From: an uncultured Eubacteriales bacterium
GTDB lineage: Bacteria; Acidobacteriota; Aminicenantia; Aminicenantales; Saccharicenantaceae
Reading direction: 5' to 3'
Assembly (NCBI GenBank): GCA_964422165.1
Contig: CAYQZX010000044.1
Coordinates: 8,105-72,104 of the forward strand
Length of the DNA: 64,000 nucleotides
The stretch's first letter is position 1; every line of letters begins with the position of its first letter. Below the pieces are notes generated by a model. It did no database searches, was not told the DNA's origin, and saw nothing but the letters and a program-made list of their open reading frames with translations. Below are positions 37,945 through 47,013 of this stretch, one piece after another. The translations under genes and the position numbers were made by a program.

Positions 37945-39318
37945 TCAGTCAACTATCTTGATAGTTGTTGAATGCCGGTTAACTTCTATGATTTCTGATT
38001 CGTCTGGTGGCACACCCAGGAAATCAGCCACCGGTTTGACCAGTTTCTGGTAATTCAGGACGGCAGTGACTGTCAGCGGTCCCGGCGGTATGGTATCAGG
38101 TAGCTGAAAAGTGCAGGTTTCAATTTTGGTTTCCCTTGGCCCTATTCGGTAATCTACGCCAAGTGACTTAGTGTTCCACTGCTGGATGGTCATCCGGCCC
38201 TGAGGGTCAAAATAAGGCATACGGAAGATGCGGTTACCAGCTGGCACGCCGTCGCGCTGTACACCCTTAAAATTGGGGTCACCAAGGGCGATGCCCATGT
38301 CCTGATAAGCCAGGGTATCAGCGGCAATGGTGTATTCTTCCCCGGGAAAGCCTTTTTTATCCACTGGCAGGTGATAAACCTTGCCTTTAGCATCCACGGC
38401 TTCTACGTGCATCCAGACGATGCGGTCTTCAACCGAACCGGTTGGGAATTTGTGTCCAGTTTTCTGGTTGAAAAGCACTATGGTAAACCTGACTTTATCG
38501 CCAGGAGCAGCTTCGTTGATATCCGGATGAACGCGAAGCTCAACGGTTCCTTTAACCTTGCCCGGGTCATGAGCTCCGTGGAAAAGATGCTGACGGACAT
38601 CCGGATAAGTCTTGCCCATAGAGGCGCTTTTTCCTGGTGCATAGGTCATATGGCAATCATGGCAACGAACCCCCTCTCTGGCGTAAGGCCCTTCCTTCCA
38701 TTCTAAGTGAGTTGATTTGACCCAGACGTCGTAGGGGCTCTTTTCGTTATGGCAGGTGCCACAGAATTCAGCGGTTTTCAGAAATTCTGATTTAACGGTG
38801 TTATGCTCTGGAGAAATTGTACCGCCTCTGGGACCGTATTTGACCTTTCCGGGCTCTGATATCCAGTTAAAGTTATAGGGAACATCACCGGCAAAGCCAG
38901 TTATGGTGTGACAGACCTCACAGGAAACAGACTCGTTGGCTCGGCTGCCTTTAGAGGGATGGGGTGGGGGGACATCGCCAGCCAGGAAGGCCAGAGGACT
39001 ATGACAGCCGTTGCATCCAGCTTTAACCCCGGCCACTACCGGGTCTTTTTCGGCATGAGGAACAGCCAGCTTGAAGTATTCAATCTCATCCCAGTGGTGG
39101 GTGTAGGCCTGGGACATCATGGACTGTTTCCATTGCTGGTAGATGTCATTGTGGCACTGGAGGCCGCAGAATTTTGGAGTCTGATAATCGCTGTATTTTC
39201 TGGTGCCAAGAGCTTCATCTCCGGCTTTTTGCAGGCTGGCGGATGTGACAAGCCCCAGAAAAAAAACGAGAATCAGAGGAAACACTATTCCCAGGCTGCT
39301 ACTGGAACCTTTCATCAT
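37945..39318 (-). CDS. Periplasmic multiheme cytochrome c (about 5 hemes) with a C-terminal beta-sandwich domain
   Basis: Heme motifs CGLQCH (CX3CH), CNGCH, CEVCH, CGTCH and CHDCH. Signal peptide after MMKGSSSS. AGGAGGG RBS supports a start at the MM codons (39318/39315) rather than the track start at 39345. Confidence 0.8.
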   Translation of the reverse strand: MMKGSSSSLGIVFPLILVFFLGLVTSASLQKAGDEALGTRKYSDYQTPKFCGLQCHNDIYQQWKQSMMSQAYTHHWDEIEYFKLAVPHAEKDPVVAGVKAGCNGCHSPLAFLAGDVPPPHPSKGSRANESVSCEVCHTITGFAGDVPYNFNWISEPGKVKYGPRGGTISPEHNTVKSEFLKTAEFCGTCHNEKSPYDVWVKSTHLEWKEGPYAREGVRCHDCHMTYAPGKSASMGKTYPDVRQHLFHGAHDPGKVKGTVELRVHPDINEAAPGDKVRFTIVLFNQKTGHKFPTGSVEDRIVWMHVEAVDAKGKVYHLPVDKKGFPGEEYTIAADTLAYQDMGIALGDPNFKGVQRDGVPAGNRIFRMPYFDPQGRMTIQQWNTKSLGVDYRIGPRETKIETCTFQLPDTIPPGPLTVTAVLNYQKLVKPVADFLGVPPDESEIIEVNRHSTTIKIVD

Positions 39319-39605
39319 ATCCCTCCTATAATCTAACATTACCACAAATAATAAAGACAGGCAACAGGATAAAAAAAATTTAAGAGGACGACTCGCACTG
39401 GATGAATTCTGAGTTGACGAATTGCCGTCTTTTCGCCTTATTTTCTGAGAGTAGTTGTCTTCTTTTAAGTTTCCCGCCTGAAGCGATGAGAAAAAAGCGG
39501 GAGACAGACCTTGAGAAAAATAGGCTTTGATTTCCAGACCCAGTTGGTTTAAAAAAAGAGAGTAGTTTTATTGTCTAAAAATATTAATATCAAAGAGGAA
39601 TAAAA

Positions 39606-40931
39606 ATGGACAAAAACCAAAAAAGAATTTCCAGAAGAGAGTTTTTAAAAGCAGCTTCAGTGGCGGCTGCAGTCGGCCTGGGTTTTCCTGCCATCGTGCC
39701 CGCTTCAGCCCTCGGACGGGACAAGCGTCCGGCACCTTCAAACCGCATTGTCATGGCCGGCATTGGCTTTGGTATGATGGGTATTCCCAACATGGAAGCC
39801 TTTCTGAGCAAGGATGAGGTACAGTGGGTAGCTGTCTGTGATGTGGACAAGAATCATTTAGCCCGGGCCAAGGATATTGTTGATAAAAGATACGGGAATA
39901 AATCCTGTAAAGCTTACACGGATTTTCGAGAACTTTTTCTGAGAAAAGATATTGACGCGGTGTCCATCGCTGTGCCTGACCACTGGCATGCGCTCCTATC
40001 AATAAGTGCTGCCCGCGCCGGCTATGACATTTACGGCGAAAAGCCGCTGACCCACGACCTGGCTGAGGGTCGGGCTCTGGTCAGGGCCGTTGAACGCTAC
40101 GGCCGGGTGTGGCAGACCGGAAGCTGGCAGCGCTCGGTGGAGAATTTTCACCGGGCGGCCGAGCTGGTGCGTAACGGCCGTATCGGGAAAGTCATCCGCA
40201 TTGAAGTTGGCTTGCCAGAAGGTCATCACGATTTCGCCGGCACCTTTGGCCAGGATAAAATCGAACCCCCGCCGCCCGAGCTTGATTATGAAATGTGGCT
40301 GGGACCGGCTCCTTACTGGCCGTACTGTAAATCCCGGGTGCACATGAACTGGCGCTGGAACATGGATTTTGGCGGAGGCCAGCTCCTGGACTGGGTCGGC
40401 CACCACGTGGACATCGCGCACTGGGGCATGGGCTGGGACCGCACTGGACCGGTAGAGATTGAAGCGCGCGGTGAATATCCAAAAGATGGGGTTTACAACA
40501 GCCCGCTACGCTACTGGGTTGAAGCTAAATACGCCGACGGCACGCCGATGATTGTGGCTGGCGGCTATCCTCAAATATGGAGTGGAACGAAATGGATTGG
40601 TGAGAAAGGCTGGATATGGGTGGACCGCGGGCAGTTTGAGACTGAACCAGATTCCCTCAAGAACGAAGTCATCGGCCCGGAAGAAATCAGGCTTTACAAA
40701 AGCCGCGACCACTACCAGAATTTTCTGGACTGCGTCAGGAGCAGAAAAGAAACCATTACCCCGGCTGAAGTGGCTCATCGCTCAGCCAGCGTCGGGCATC
40801 TGGCCATGATTTCTATGACCGTGGGCAGGAAGATAAGGTGGGACCCGGCCAGCGAGAAAATCATTGGTGACCCCGAAGCCGAAAGGCTGCTCAGCCGTTC
40901 CTACCGTAAACCCTGGGTTCTTCCGGAATGA
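39606..40931 (+). CDS. Gfo/Idh/MocA-family NAD(P)-dependent oxidoreductase with Tat signal (possibly GH109-like)
   Basis: Twin-arginine signal SRREFLKAASVAAAVGLGFPA, a Rossmann GxGxxG region (MAGIGFGMMG) and a C-terminal alpha/beta domain typical of the family. High-GC gene. Confidence 0.8.
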   Translation: MDKNQKRISRREFLKAASVAAAVGLGFPAIVPASALGRDKRPAPSNRIVMAGIGFGMMGIPNMEAFLSKDEVQWVAVCDVDKNHLARAKDIVDKRYGNKSCKAYTDFRELFLRKDIDAVSIAVPDHWHALLSISAARAGYDIYGEKPLTHDLAEGRALVRAVERYGRVWQTGSWQRSVENFHRAAELVRNGRIGKVIRIEVGLPEGHHDFAGTFGQDKIEPPPPELDYEMWLGPAPYWPYCKSRVHMNWRWNMDFGGGQLLDWVGHHVDIAHWGMGWDRTGPVEIEARGEYPKDGVYNSPLRYWVEAKYADGTPMIVAGGYPQIWSGTKWIGEKGWIWVDRGQFETEPDSLKNEVIGPEEIRLYKSRDHYQNFLDCVRSRKETITPAEVAHRSASVGHLAMISMTVGRKIRWDPASEKIIGDPEAERLLSRSYRKPWVLPE

Positions 40932-40947
40932 AGAGAGGAAGGGAGAG

Positions 40948-43164
40948 ATGACCATGAAAAACAGAAACAAAAATGAAAATATAGAAGACAAGGGACAAGC
41001 TTTAAGAAACTCGGCTGTGCCGGACGCAAGGTGGGCTGAAAGAATGGAGTTTGAGAGCCAAACTTTTATATTCCCGGCTGATGGCAATTGTTCAGGAAAA
41101 GGCAGTTCACGTTGGTCCTTTTTTCAAACTTCTTTAATAAAGGTTCAAAAGGTCTCTATTATCCTGTTTGTTTTCCTGATTTCATTTCTGATGACACTGC
41201 CGCTTCCAGCCATGGCTGATTCAGCGCGTGAGATTTCTACATCCTCAATAGAGCAACAGGCAGCAAGTTCGCAGAACAGCCTGGAACAGTTAGACCGGGT
41301 CTTAAAATCTCTGGAAAAATTTGACCACAGCCAGGGAGAAGGCCCGGCTCTGGCACTGGAAAGACTCATTTTCAGCCTGAAAGACGATCAGGCGCTGAGG
41401 CTGGCGGCCGAGAAAAAGCTTCTGGAGTTTTTTGCCGCTCCGGTCACCAGGGAGGCCCGCATCGCAGTCAGCAAGCCTTTGAGCTGGATCGCTGGCTCTG
41501 AATCGGTTGAAGCTTTATCTTCATTTATTACTGACCCTGAAAAATCCGACCCAGCCCGCTTTGTCCTGGAAAGAATCCCTGGAGATGAAGCAAATGCTGT
41601 GCTGATTGCCGCTATGGAAAAGGCTCCAGCCGAGGTAATACCCGGAATCATCAGCAGCCTAGGCCATAGGAGAGCGACGGCTGCGGTGCCGCAGCTGGAA
41701 AAACTCCTCAAGAAAAATCCGTTGCCAGCAGTTGTGGTTGCTGCGCTTGAAGCTCTGGGCAACATCGGCGGCAGCGCAGCCAGAAATATTCTTCTTAATT
41801 ACCTTCAATCCGGCGATGAAAAGATTCGCCTTCTGGCGGCCGATTCACTTTTGAGGACGGCCAACAGGGAAATTGACAATCGGCAATACGATGCGGCCTC
41901 GGCCATAGCCAGTTCACTGCTTAAAGCCGCGCTGACTCCAGCCGAAAAACTGGCGGCCTGGAAAGTAAAAATTCTGGCCGCCGGGAATAATTACGAAGGC
42001 GAAATTCAAGCCGCCTTAAAGAGCCGGGATGACCTGGCCAGGCAGGCGGCCGTCGGTCTTATCCCGCGCCTCGTTTCCCAGGATAAAATTGATTCTTACC
42101 TGGGGCTTTTTTCCGGGCTTCCGGACCTCCTCCAGGTCCAGGTAGCTGCGGTTCTGGCTAATTATCCTGTTCAAACAGCCCGGGAATACCTCTTAAACCT
42201 GGCCGGGAAATCGCCTGCACCCGAGGTCAGAACAGAAGCCATCATCAGCTTAGGAAAGATTGGCGATAGCTCCACGGTGGAGTTTCTGGCCGGCAAAGCA
42301 GCCACTGCTCGCGGGAATGAAAAGGCAGCAGCCAGAGAAAGTCTGGTAGCATTGCGGGGAAAGGAGGTTGATAAAAAGATTCTGGAAATGCTTTCTTCTA
42401 CGTCCGAGCAAGCGCTGCGTAACGAATTACTCCTGGCTGCCTGCGAACGAAACATCGGAGAAAGCCGGGAATTTTTCCTTAAAGAGGCAGCCAATCCTTC
42501 GGCTGACCTGGCTCTGGTTTCCCGCGGCCTGAGAGCCTTTGGCGATATCAGCCTGGCAGAAGAGCTGCTAAACATAGCCTATAAGATTGAAGATGAGGCT
42601 TTCCAGGAAGAGATGGCTGGCATCATGGCTGCCTGGGCCAAACAGAGTGCCCGGCCCGATGCCCGCTCGGGCTATTTTCGGAACCTATTGGGTTCGGAAA
42701 AGCAGCCCGAAAGGCAGGCCTTGCTTATTTCCATAATCGGGAAAATCGGCGAAAGAAATTCTCTGCCACTCCTGCGGAATTATCTGAAGAGTCAGGACCC
42801 AAAAATCAGAGAAGCTTGCCTCAGGGCTTTGTCTGACTGGCCCGAGGTTGAAGCCCGCGATGACCTCTGGCTCATAGCCCGCAGTTCATCTGACCTGAAG
42901 GAGAAGGTTCTGGCCATTAGGGGACTGGTCCGGCTGACTGCTTCTGAGAGATACCGGCGGCCGGAAGCTGTGGTTGAGTCCCTGAAGGAAATTTTTTCTC
43001 TTTCCCCACGAGCTGAGGAAAAAAAGCTGGTGCTGGCGGATTTTCCGAATTTTCCCTGCGAAACCGGGCTTTCTTTCTGCCAATCACTGGCTAATGACCC
43101 TGAAGTTGGCTCCGAAGCCCGCACCGCGGCCGAAAAAATCTCCCAGCGCCTGAGAAGAAATTAA
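40948..43164 (+). CDS. HEAT/PBS-lyase-repeat protein with N-terminal signal/anchor
   Basis: Hydrophobic N-terminal segment (VSIILFVFLISFLMTLPLPAMA), then repeated HEAT-like units (VVAALEALGNIGGSAARNILLNYLQSGDEKIRLLAADSL; VRTEAIISLGKIGDSSTVEFL; IREACLRALSDW). RBS GGAAGGGAGAG lies before the ATG at 40948. The track ORF start at 40864 overlaps the previous gene. Confidence 0.7.
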   Translation: MTMKNRNKNENIEDKGQALRNSAVPDARWAERMEFESQTFIFPADGNCSGKGSSRWSFFQTSLIKVQKVSIILFVFLISFLMTLPLPAMADSAREISTSSIEQQAASSQNSLEQLDRVLKSLEKFDHSQGEGPALALERLIFSLKDDQALRLAAEKKLLEFFAAPVTREARIAVSKPLSWIAGSESVEALSSFITDPEKSDPARFVLERIPGDEANAVLIAAMEKAPAEVIPGIISSLGHRRATAAVPQLEKLLKKNPLPAVVVAALEALGNIGGSAARNILLNYLQSGDEKIRLLAADSLLRTANREIDNRQYDAASAIASSLLKAALTPAEKLAAWKVKILAAGNNYEGEIQAALKSRDDLARQAAVGLIPRLVSQDKIDSYLGLFSGLPDLLQVQVAAVLANYPVQTAREYLLNLAGKSPAPEVRTEAIISLGKIGDSSTVEFLAGKAATARGNEKAAARESLVALRGKEVDKKILEMLSSTSEQALRNELLLAACERNIGESREFFLKEAANPSADLALVSRGLRAFGDISLAEELLNIAYKIEDEAFQEEMAGIMAAWAKQSARPDARSGYFRNLLGSEKQPERQALLISIIGKIGERNSLPLLRNYLKSQDPKIREACLRALSDWPEVEARDDLWLIARSSSDLKEKVLAIRGLVRLTASERYRRPEAVVESLKEIFSLSPRAEEKKLVLADFPNFPCETGLSFCQSLANDPEVGSEARTAAEKISQRLRRN

Positions 43165-43615
43165 TACAATTGAAAATGACGGTGATGAATAATACATTGA
43201 ATCTATTTTTGAGAAAAAACGCCAGCGGCGCCGACAGTTGGCCAGGCTGCCCTTTGAGAAAAAAATAGAAATTATCGTCAAAATGCAGCGAGCTGCTGCC
43301 GAAATAAAGAAAGATTCAAAACATAGGCCCTGGCCTCTGTAAGGAACAGTTCTGGTCTTGTGTTGACTTTCATTCGGCCTTTTATTTTTTATCTGAGTCC
43401 ATCGTATTTATCTTTGCCGGCTGGATTAATTGGGTTGGTGTAGACGATAGTCGGCGATATTAAGCGACTGGTTTTCTCTCACGATAGTAGAAAATAAATC
43501 GTATATCCTTTTTAATTTTAAACCCACGGTTATAAATTTCAGTCAGGCTGGTTTTATGGCAATGGCCAGCATTTAAAAATTATGATCAGTTTTTGCTAAT
43601 TGAAACTCTATTTGA

Positions 43616-43633
43616 CAAATAGACGTCTATTTG
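43616..43633. promoter_or_regulatory. Perfect 18-bp palindrome CAAATAGACGTCTATTTG (putative operator) 15 bp upstream of the AAA+/DUF4143 gene start
   Basis: Read directly in the sequence. It is a self-complementary site centred on GACGTC, and a closely related site occurs at 50544-50563. Confidence 0.4.
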
Positions 43634-43647
43634 GTAAATATAGTTAC

Positions 43648-44775
43648 ATGATAGTAAGACCATATTGGCTAAAAAAAATTTATGAGGCCTGGGGGAAGCG
43701 TCCTATAGTCTGGCTGGCTGGTGTCCGGCGGGTGGGGAAGACCACACTGGCCAGGATGATTCCTGATGCCGTGTACCTGAATTGTGATTTACCTTCTGAC
43801 GCCCGCAAACTTGATGACCCAGAACTTTTTTTCCGCTCCAAGAAAAGAAAGGTTATCATCATACTTGACGAAATTCATCGTTTAGCTGATCCGACACGCG
43901 TTTTGAAAGTGGCGGCTGATTCTTTTCCTCATCTCCGGATCTTGGCTACAGGATCATCAACGCTGTCGGCCACCAAGAAATTTAGGGATGCTTTAACCGG
44001 AAGGAAAATAACCATTCATTTACTTCCAGTCCTCTGGAGTGAATGCCAAAAAGAATTTGGGCTTCCAGAGCTGGATCGTCGTTTATTGCACGGAGGGCTA
44101 CCTGAATTTTTGCTCAGCAATGAAAAAGATAACTCTCTTTTTTCTGAGTGGATGGATAGTTTTTATGCCAGAGATATTCAAGAATTGTTTGCTGTCAGGG
44201 AACGTACGGGTTTTCTTGACCTGTTCCGACTTTTGCTGCGGACAAGTGGAGGGCTGGTAGATTATTCTCAATTGTCTCGGGAATGTGACCTCAGCCGGCC
44301 GACCGTAAAGAGCTATCTTGAAGCTTTAACCATATCTCTTGTCATCTATCCGGTAAGACCATTTCATGGTGGGGGAAGAAGAGAACTGCTTAAAAGGCCC
44401 AAGATCTATGGCTTTGATATAGGCTTTGTGACCTATGTGAGAGGGTGGAATGAGATTAGGGAAGAAGACCGTGGATGGCTATGGGAACATTTGGTCCTTG
44501 ACTGTTTACGAGCCCGCACTGGCGGGGATGGAATCTTTTTCTGGCGAGACAAATCAGGCCGTGAGATTGACTTTGTGATTCCTCGCGGAGAGGAAGTTGA
44601 TGCTTATGAATGTAAGATAAACCCAGAGCGCTTTGATTCAGAATCATTGCGGGCCTTCAGGCAGCTATATCCTCGCGGTCGAAACTATGTTGTTTGCCCT
44701 GGAATTACTGAAGCATATGAATGGCGGAGCAAAGGCCTTATCATCAAGGTGACCGGATGCGAAGAGCTACTTTAA
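43648..44775 (+). CDS. AAA+ ATPase with C-terminal DUF4143 domain (COG1373-like)
   Basis: PYWLKKIYEAWGKRPIVWLAGVRRVGKTTL Walker A region matches the family N-terminus. Walker B IIILDEIH. C-terminal DUF4143-like region with conserved Glu/Asp-Phe-Val. The track start at 43600 is a TTG lying inside a palindromic operator. Confidence 0.75.
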   Translation: MIVRPYWLKKIYEAWGKRPIVWLAGVRRVGKTTLARMIPDAVYLNCDLPSDARKLDDPELFFRSKKRKVIIILDEIHRLADPTRVLKVAADSFPHLRILATGSSTLSATKKFRDALTGRKITIHLLPVLWSECQKEFGLPELDRRLLHGGLPEFLLSNEKDNSLFSEWMDSFYARDIQELFAVRERTGFLDLFRLLLRTSGGLVDYSQLSRECDLSRPTVKSYLEALTISLVIYPVRPFHGGGRRELLKRPKIYGFDIGFVTYVRGWNEIREEDRGWLWEHLVLDCLRARTGGDGIFFWRDKSGREIDFVIPRGEEVDAYECKINPERFDSESLRAFRQLYPRGRNYVVCPGITEAYEWRSKGLIIKVTGCEELL

Positions 44776-44978
44776 ATGTCAGAAGGTCAGATTTGTTGAT
44801 TTAGAGCGAGTCGCCTTCTCTTTTCCCGAGGTGATTTTAAGGAATAATAATGCTGAAGGAAGAAGAGAAAATAACCTGTTCTTGGTGGCAGAAAAATATT
44901 TGCTCCTAAGATTTTCTCGCCTTTTGATTAATGTGGAACGTAGGGGAATGATAAAAAAGGTCTGAACTTTTTTTAATA

Positions 44979-45443
44979 TTAATTACTTTCGTTTAAAAGG
45001 ACGATGAAATAGATATCACCTTTGCAACCTTTTAGGCTTTTCGGCTCAGCCTTCTTTTTTTCAGGGCCAAAAATGAACCCCAAATAGATCTGCTCCTTAA
45101 TGTTCCAGAGACATTCTGTCTTTTCTATAATTTTTGCGTCAGGTCCTGATTTTATTTTTAGTTTTAAATTAAAAATGAATTGCTCTGGCCCAACTGTCTT
45201 TTTCCATTCTATCCAGAGCAATAAGTTGTTTTGTCCATCCTGGTCAACCTGTTTGAATATTGTTTTATTCTTATTTAAATCGAACCGAATACCTTTTTCT
45301 TCAAGTAGGCAATTGACCTTTACCTCTTGGTCCAAAAGATTTTCAGGAAGTTTAGTTCGCAAAAAATCGACAATTTGCTTAGTTTCTTTTCTTATCAGCC
45401 GGGTGCTGAAAAGCATTCCTTCATCAGGAAATCGAGCGCTCAA
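44979..45443 (-). CDS. Hypothetical protein (low-GC region)
   Basis: 154-aa ORF with no motif. Its codon usage is AT-rich like its neighbours. Confidence 0.4.
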   Translation of the reverse strand: MSARFPDEGMLFSTRLIRKETKQIVDFLRTKLPENLLDQEVKVNCLLEEKGIRFDLNKNKTIFKQVDQDGQNNLLLWIEWKKTVGPEQFIFNLKLKIKSGPDAKIIEKTECLWNIKEQIYLGFIFGPEKKKAEPKSLKGCKGDIYFIVLLNESN

Positions 45444-45718
45444 ATCTGCTCCTTTTATATGGACAAAGGGCTTTCCATCTTTTTCTGTTTCTTCTCTTAT
45501 GTACTGAAGACCAGGAACCTTAAGTATCCAGAGGTGTCAATTTGCAGTAATTTCTGTAGAAGCAAACGAAGGTGAAAACAATCTTAATAAGAAGATAATT
45601 AACAAAAATATGCTTTTATTTATTTGAGGTGAGATGGGTTTCATTAAATTTCGCATTGGTTTTTGCCCACTTAAATTAAAATAGAGCTTTTGATAAAAGG
45701 GTTTTTGCTTTATTAAAA

Positions 45719-45946
45719 TCAACTATAAATGCAATGTCGGTATTGGCATTCACCGCCACTTCCCCAACATTCCCAACCGGTAAGATGCCAGACAGTCGAA
45801 CCCTGTGTATATTCTGGACAGCAACCGCAACCTGGCTCAAGAACACAAGGGCAATTTTTTCCTGGTACATTGCCTTTGGCAGGAAAAAATTGCAGCAAAA
45901 AAACGCTTATCAAGACAAGCGATAGAATCACTTTAATTTTAGTCAT
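45719..45946 (-). CDS. Small secreted cysteine-rich peptide (9 Cys in about 50 mature residues)
   Basis: Strong RBS AAGGAGGAAACC before the ATG, signal peptide MTKIKVILSLVLISVFLLQFF, then NCPCVLEPGCGCCPEY...WECWGSGGECQYRHC. Confidence 0.55.
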   Translation of the reverse strand: MTKIKVILSLVLISVFLLQFFPAKGNVPGKNCPCVLEPGCGCCPEYTQGSTVWHLTGWECWGSGGECQYRHCIYS

Positions 45947-46353
45947 GGTTTCCTCCTTTTTGTAACCCAGATTTTTTCCAGGTCACTAACTAAATAAAAT
46001 TGACCATTCCCACAATATAAAGCCTTTACTTTTTCCCCATCAGGTAAACGTAGCAGCCCCGCATGACATTTTTGCGCAGAATCAAAAATCCATATTTTTT
46101 GGCCAACGTTGTCTTTATCCGACCTGAGTTTGGCCACATAAAGGTTGTCTTTTTCATCTAGGCAAAAATTTGTGTAGAGAAGAAAGCCGATGATATCGGT
46201 TTGGATATTGCTGAGCCTGACTTCTTTTTCAAAATTCGCTCTTAGTTCTCTGGCTACTTTTTGAAGAGAGGCATCTTGTATGCGAAATTTGCCACCCAGG
46301 ACTCCGTCGGGATAAATTTCAACGAATTCGCCATCTAAGCGGTTAAAATGCAC
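45943..46353 (-). CDS. C-terminal portion of a 6-bladed beta-propeller (DUF5128/BF3164-like) protein; probably the frameshifted continuation of 46353-46988
   Basis: Resembles in layout the C-terminus of the paralog at 62801-63889 (aromatic/Lys-rich, conserved Cys). Its start overlaps the stop of the upstream fragment by 1 nt (TAATG) in a different frame. Confidence 0.45.
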   Translation of the reverse strand: MHFNRLDGEFVEIYPDGVLGGKFRIQDASLQKVARELRANFEKEVRLSNIQTDIIGFLLYTNFCLDEKDNLYVAKLRSDKDNVGQKIWIFDSAQKCHAGLLRLPDGEKVKALYCGNGQFYLVSDLEKIWVTKRRKP

Positions 46354-46988
46354 TATAGATTTTTTTGATTATAGAACCCAATTGCTGATTCATTGCCAAT
46401 GTTTTTTCTGTAGATTATTATTGGCTCTTCTCTTTTTAGCAGGGTGGATTTATAGTTTCCCTGAGCATCATAGACATCTATTAAGTGATCGCTTAGGTCG
46501 TAAGCTATAATGAAGGTTGTGTCAGGACCTGGAAGAATGGCCGATGGATAAGAATAAGAAATTTCTTCTGGAATCTTCAAGTTTACCCGCTCCAGGAACT
46601 CACCATTTAGTGTAAATATATCCAATTTTCTGGGAAAGCGCTCCAGAACGACAATCTTATCCGAGCAAACAGCAAAATCTACCGGGTCTTCCAGTTCTCC
46701 CGGACCCTGGCCTGGTGAGCCTATGGAATAAAGATAAGAAAAAGATTCAGAGAAGACAAAAATTTTTTTCTGTTTCTGATCAAAGACAAAAACTTTATCT
46801 TGAGAAAAATCAATTTTAGTTACTCGCGAAATGACAAATTGTTCGGATTCGGTTTCTAAAAGAGAAAAGTCTTGGAAAACATTTATTTCATTGCTGCTTT
46901 TGATTAGTGCTTTTTTAAGAATGAGCAAATTGCTCGTAGCTATAATAGCTAACATAATTATAAATATTGTCTTCCCTCTTCTGCTCAT
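46353..46988 (-). CDS. N-terminal portion of a 6-bladed beta-propeller (DUF5128-like) protein
   Basis: Signal/anchor MSRRGKTIFIIMLAIIATS and a GSPGQGPGEL motif shared with the paralog (GKMGPGPDEF). The longer track ORF (to 47138) would overlap the sugar-isomerase gene, so the internal ATG at 46988 is preferred. Confidence 0.55.
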   Translation of the reverse strand: MSRRGKTIFIIMLAIIATSNLLILKKALIKSSNEINVFQDFSLLETESEQFVISRVTKIDFSQDKVFVFDQKQKKIFVFSESFSYLYSIGSPGQGPGELEDPVDFAVCSDKIVVLERFPRKLDIFTLNGEFLERVNLKIPEEISYSYPSAILPGPDTTFIIAYDLSDHLIDVYDAQGNYKSTLLKREEPIIIYRKNIGNESAIGFYNQKNL

Positions 46989-47013
46989 CTTGCCCTCATT
47001 GATTAAAACAATA

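Noticed and set aside
40000-43200. Many long ORFs on both strands and in several frames (for example 39999-40421, 40192-40482, 41388-41765, 42171-42575, 42792-43124)
   Set aside because: The region is about 60-70% GC, so stop codons are rare in all frames. These ORFs overlap the two well-supported plus-strand genes (Gfo/Idh/MocA and HEAT protein), have no RBS or motifs, and are treated as spurious.
43600-43647. TTG-initiated extension of the DUF4143 ATPase gene
   Set aside because: The extension contains the palindromic operator and an in-frame run of rare codons. The family's conserved N-terminus begins at the ATG at 43648.
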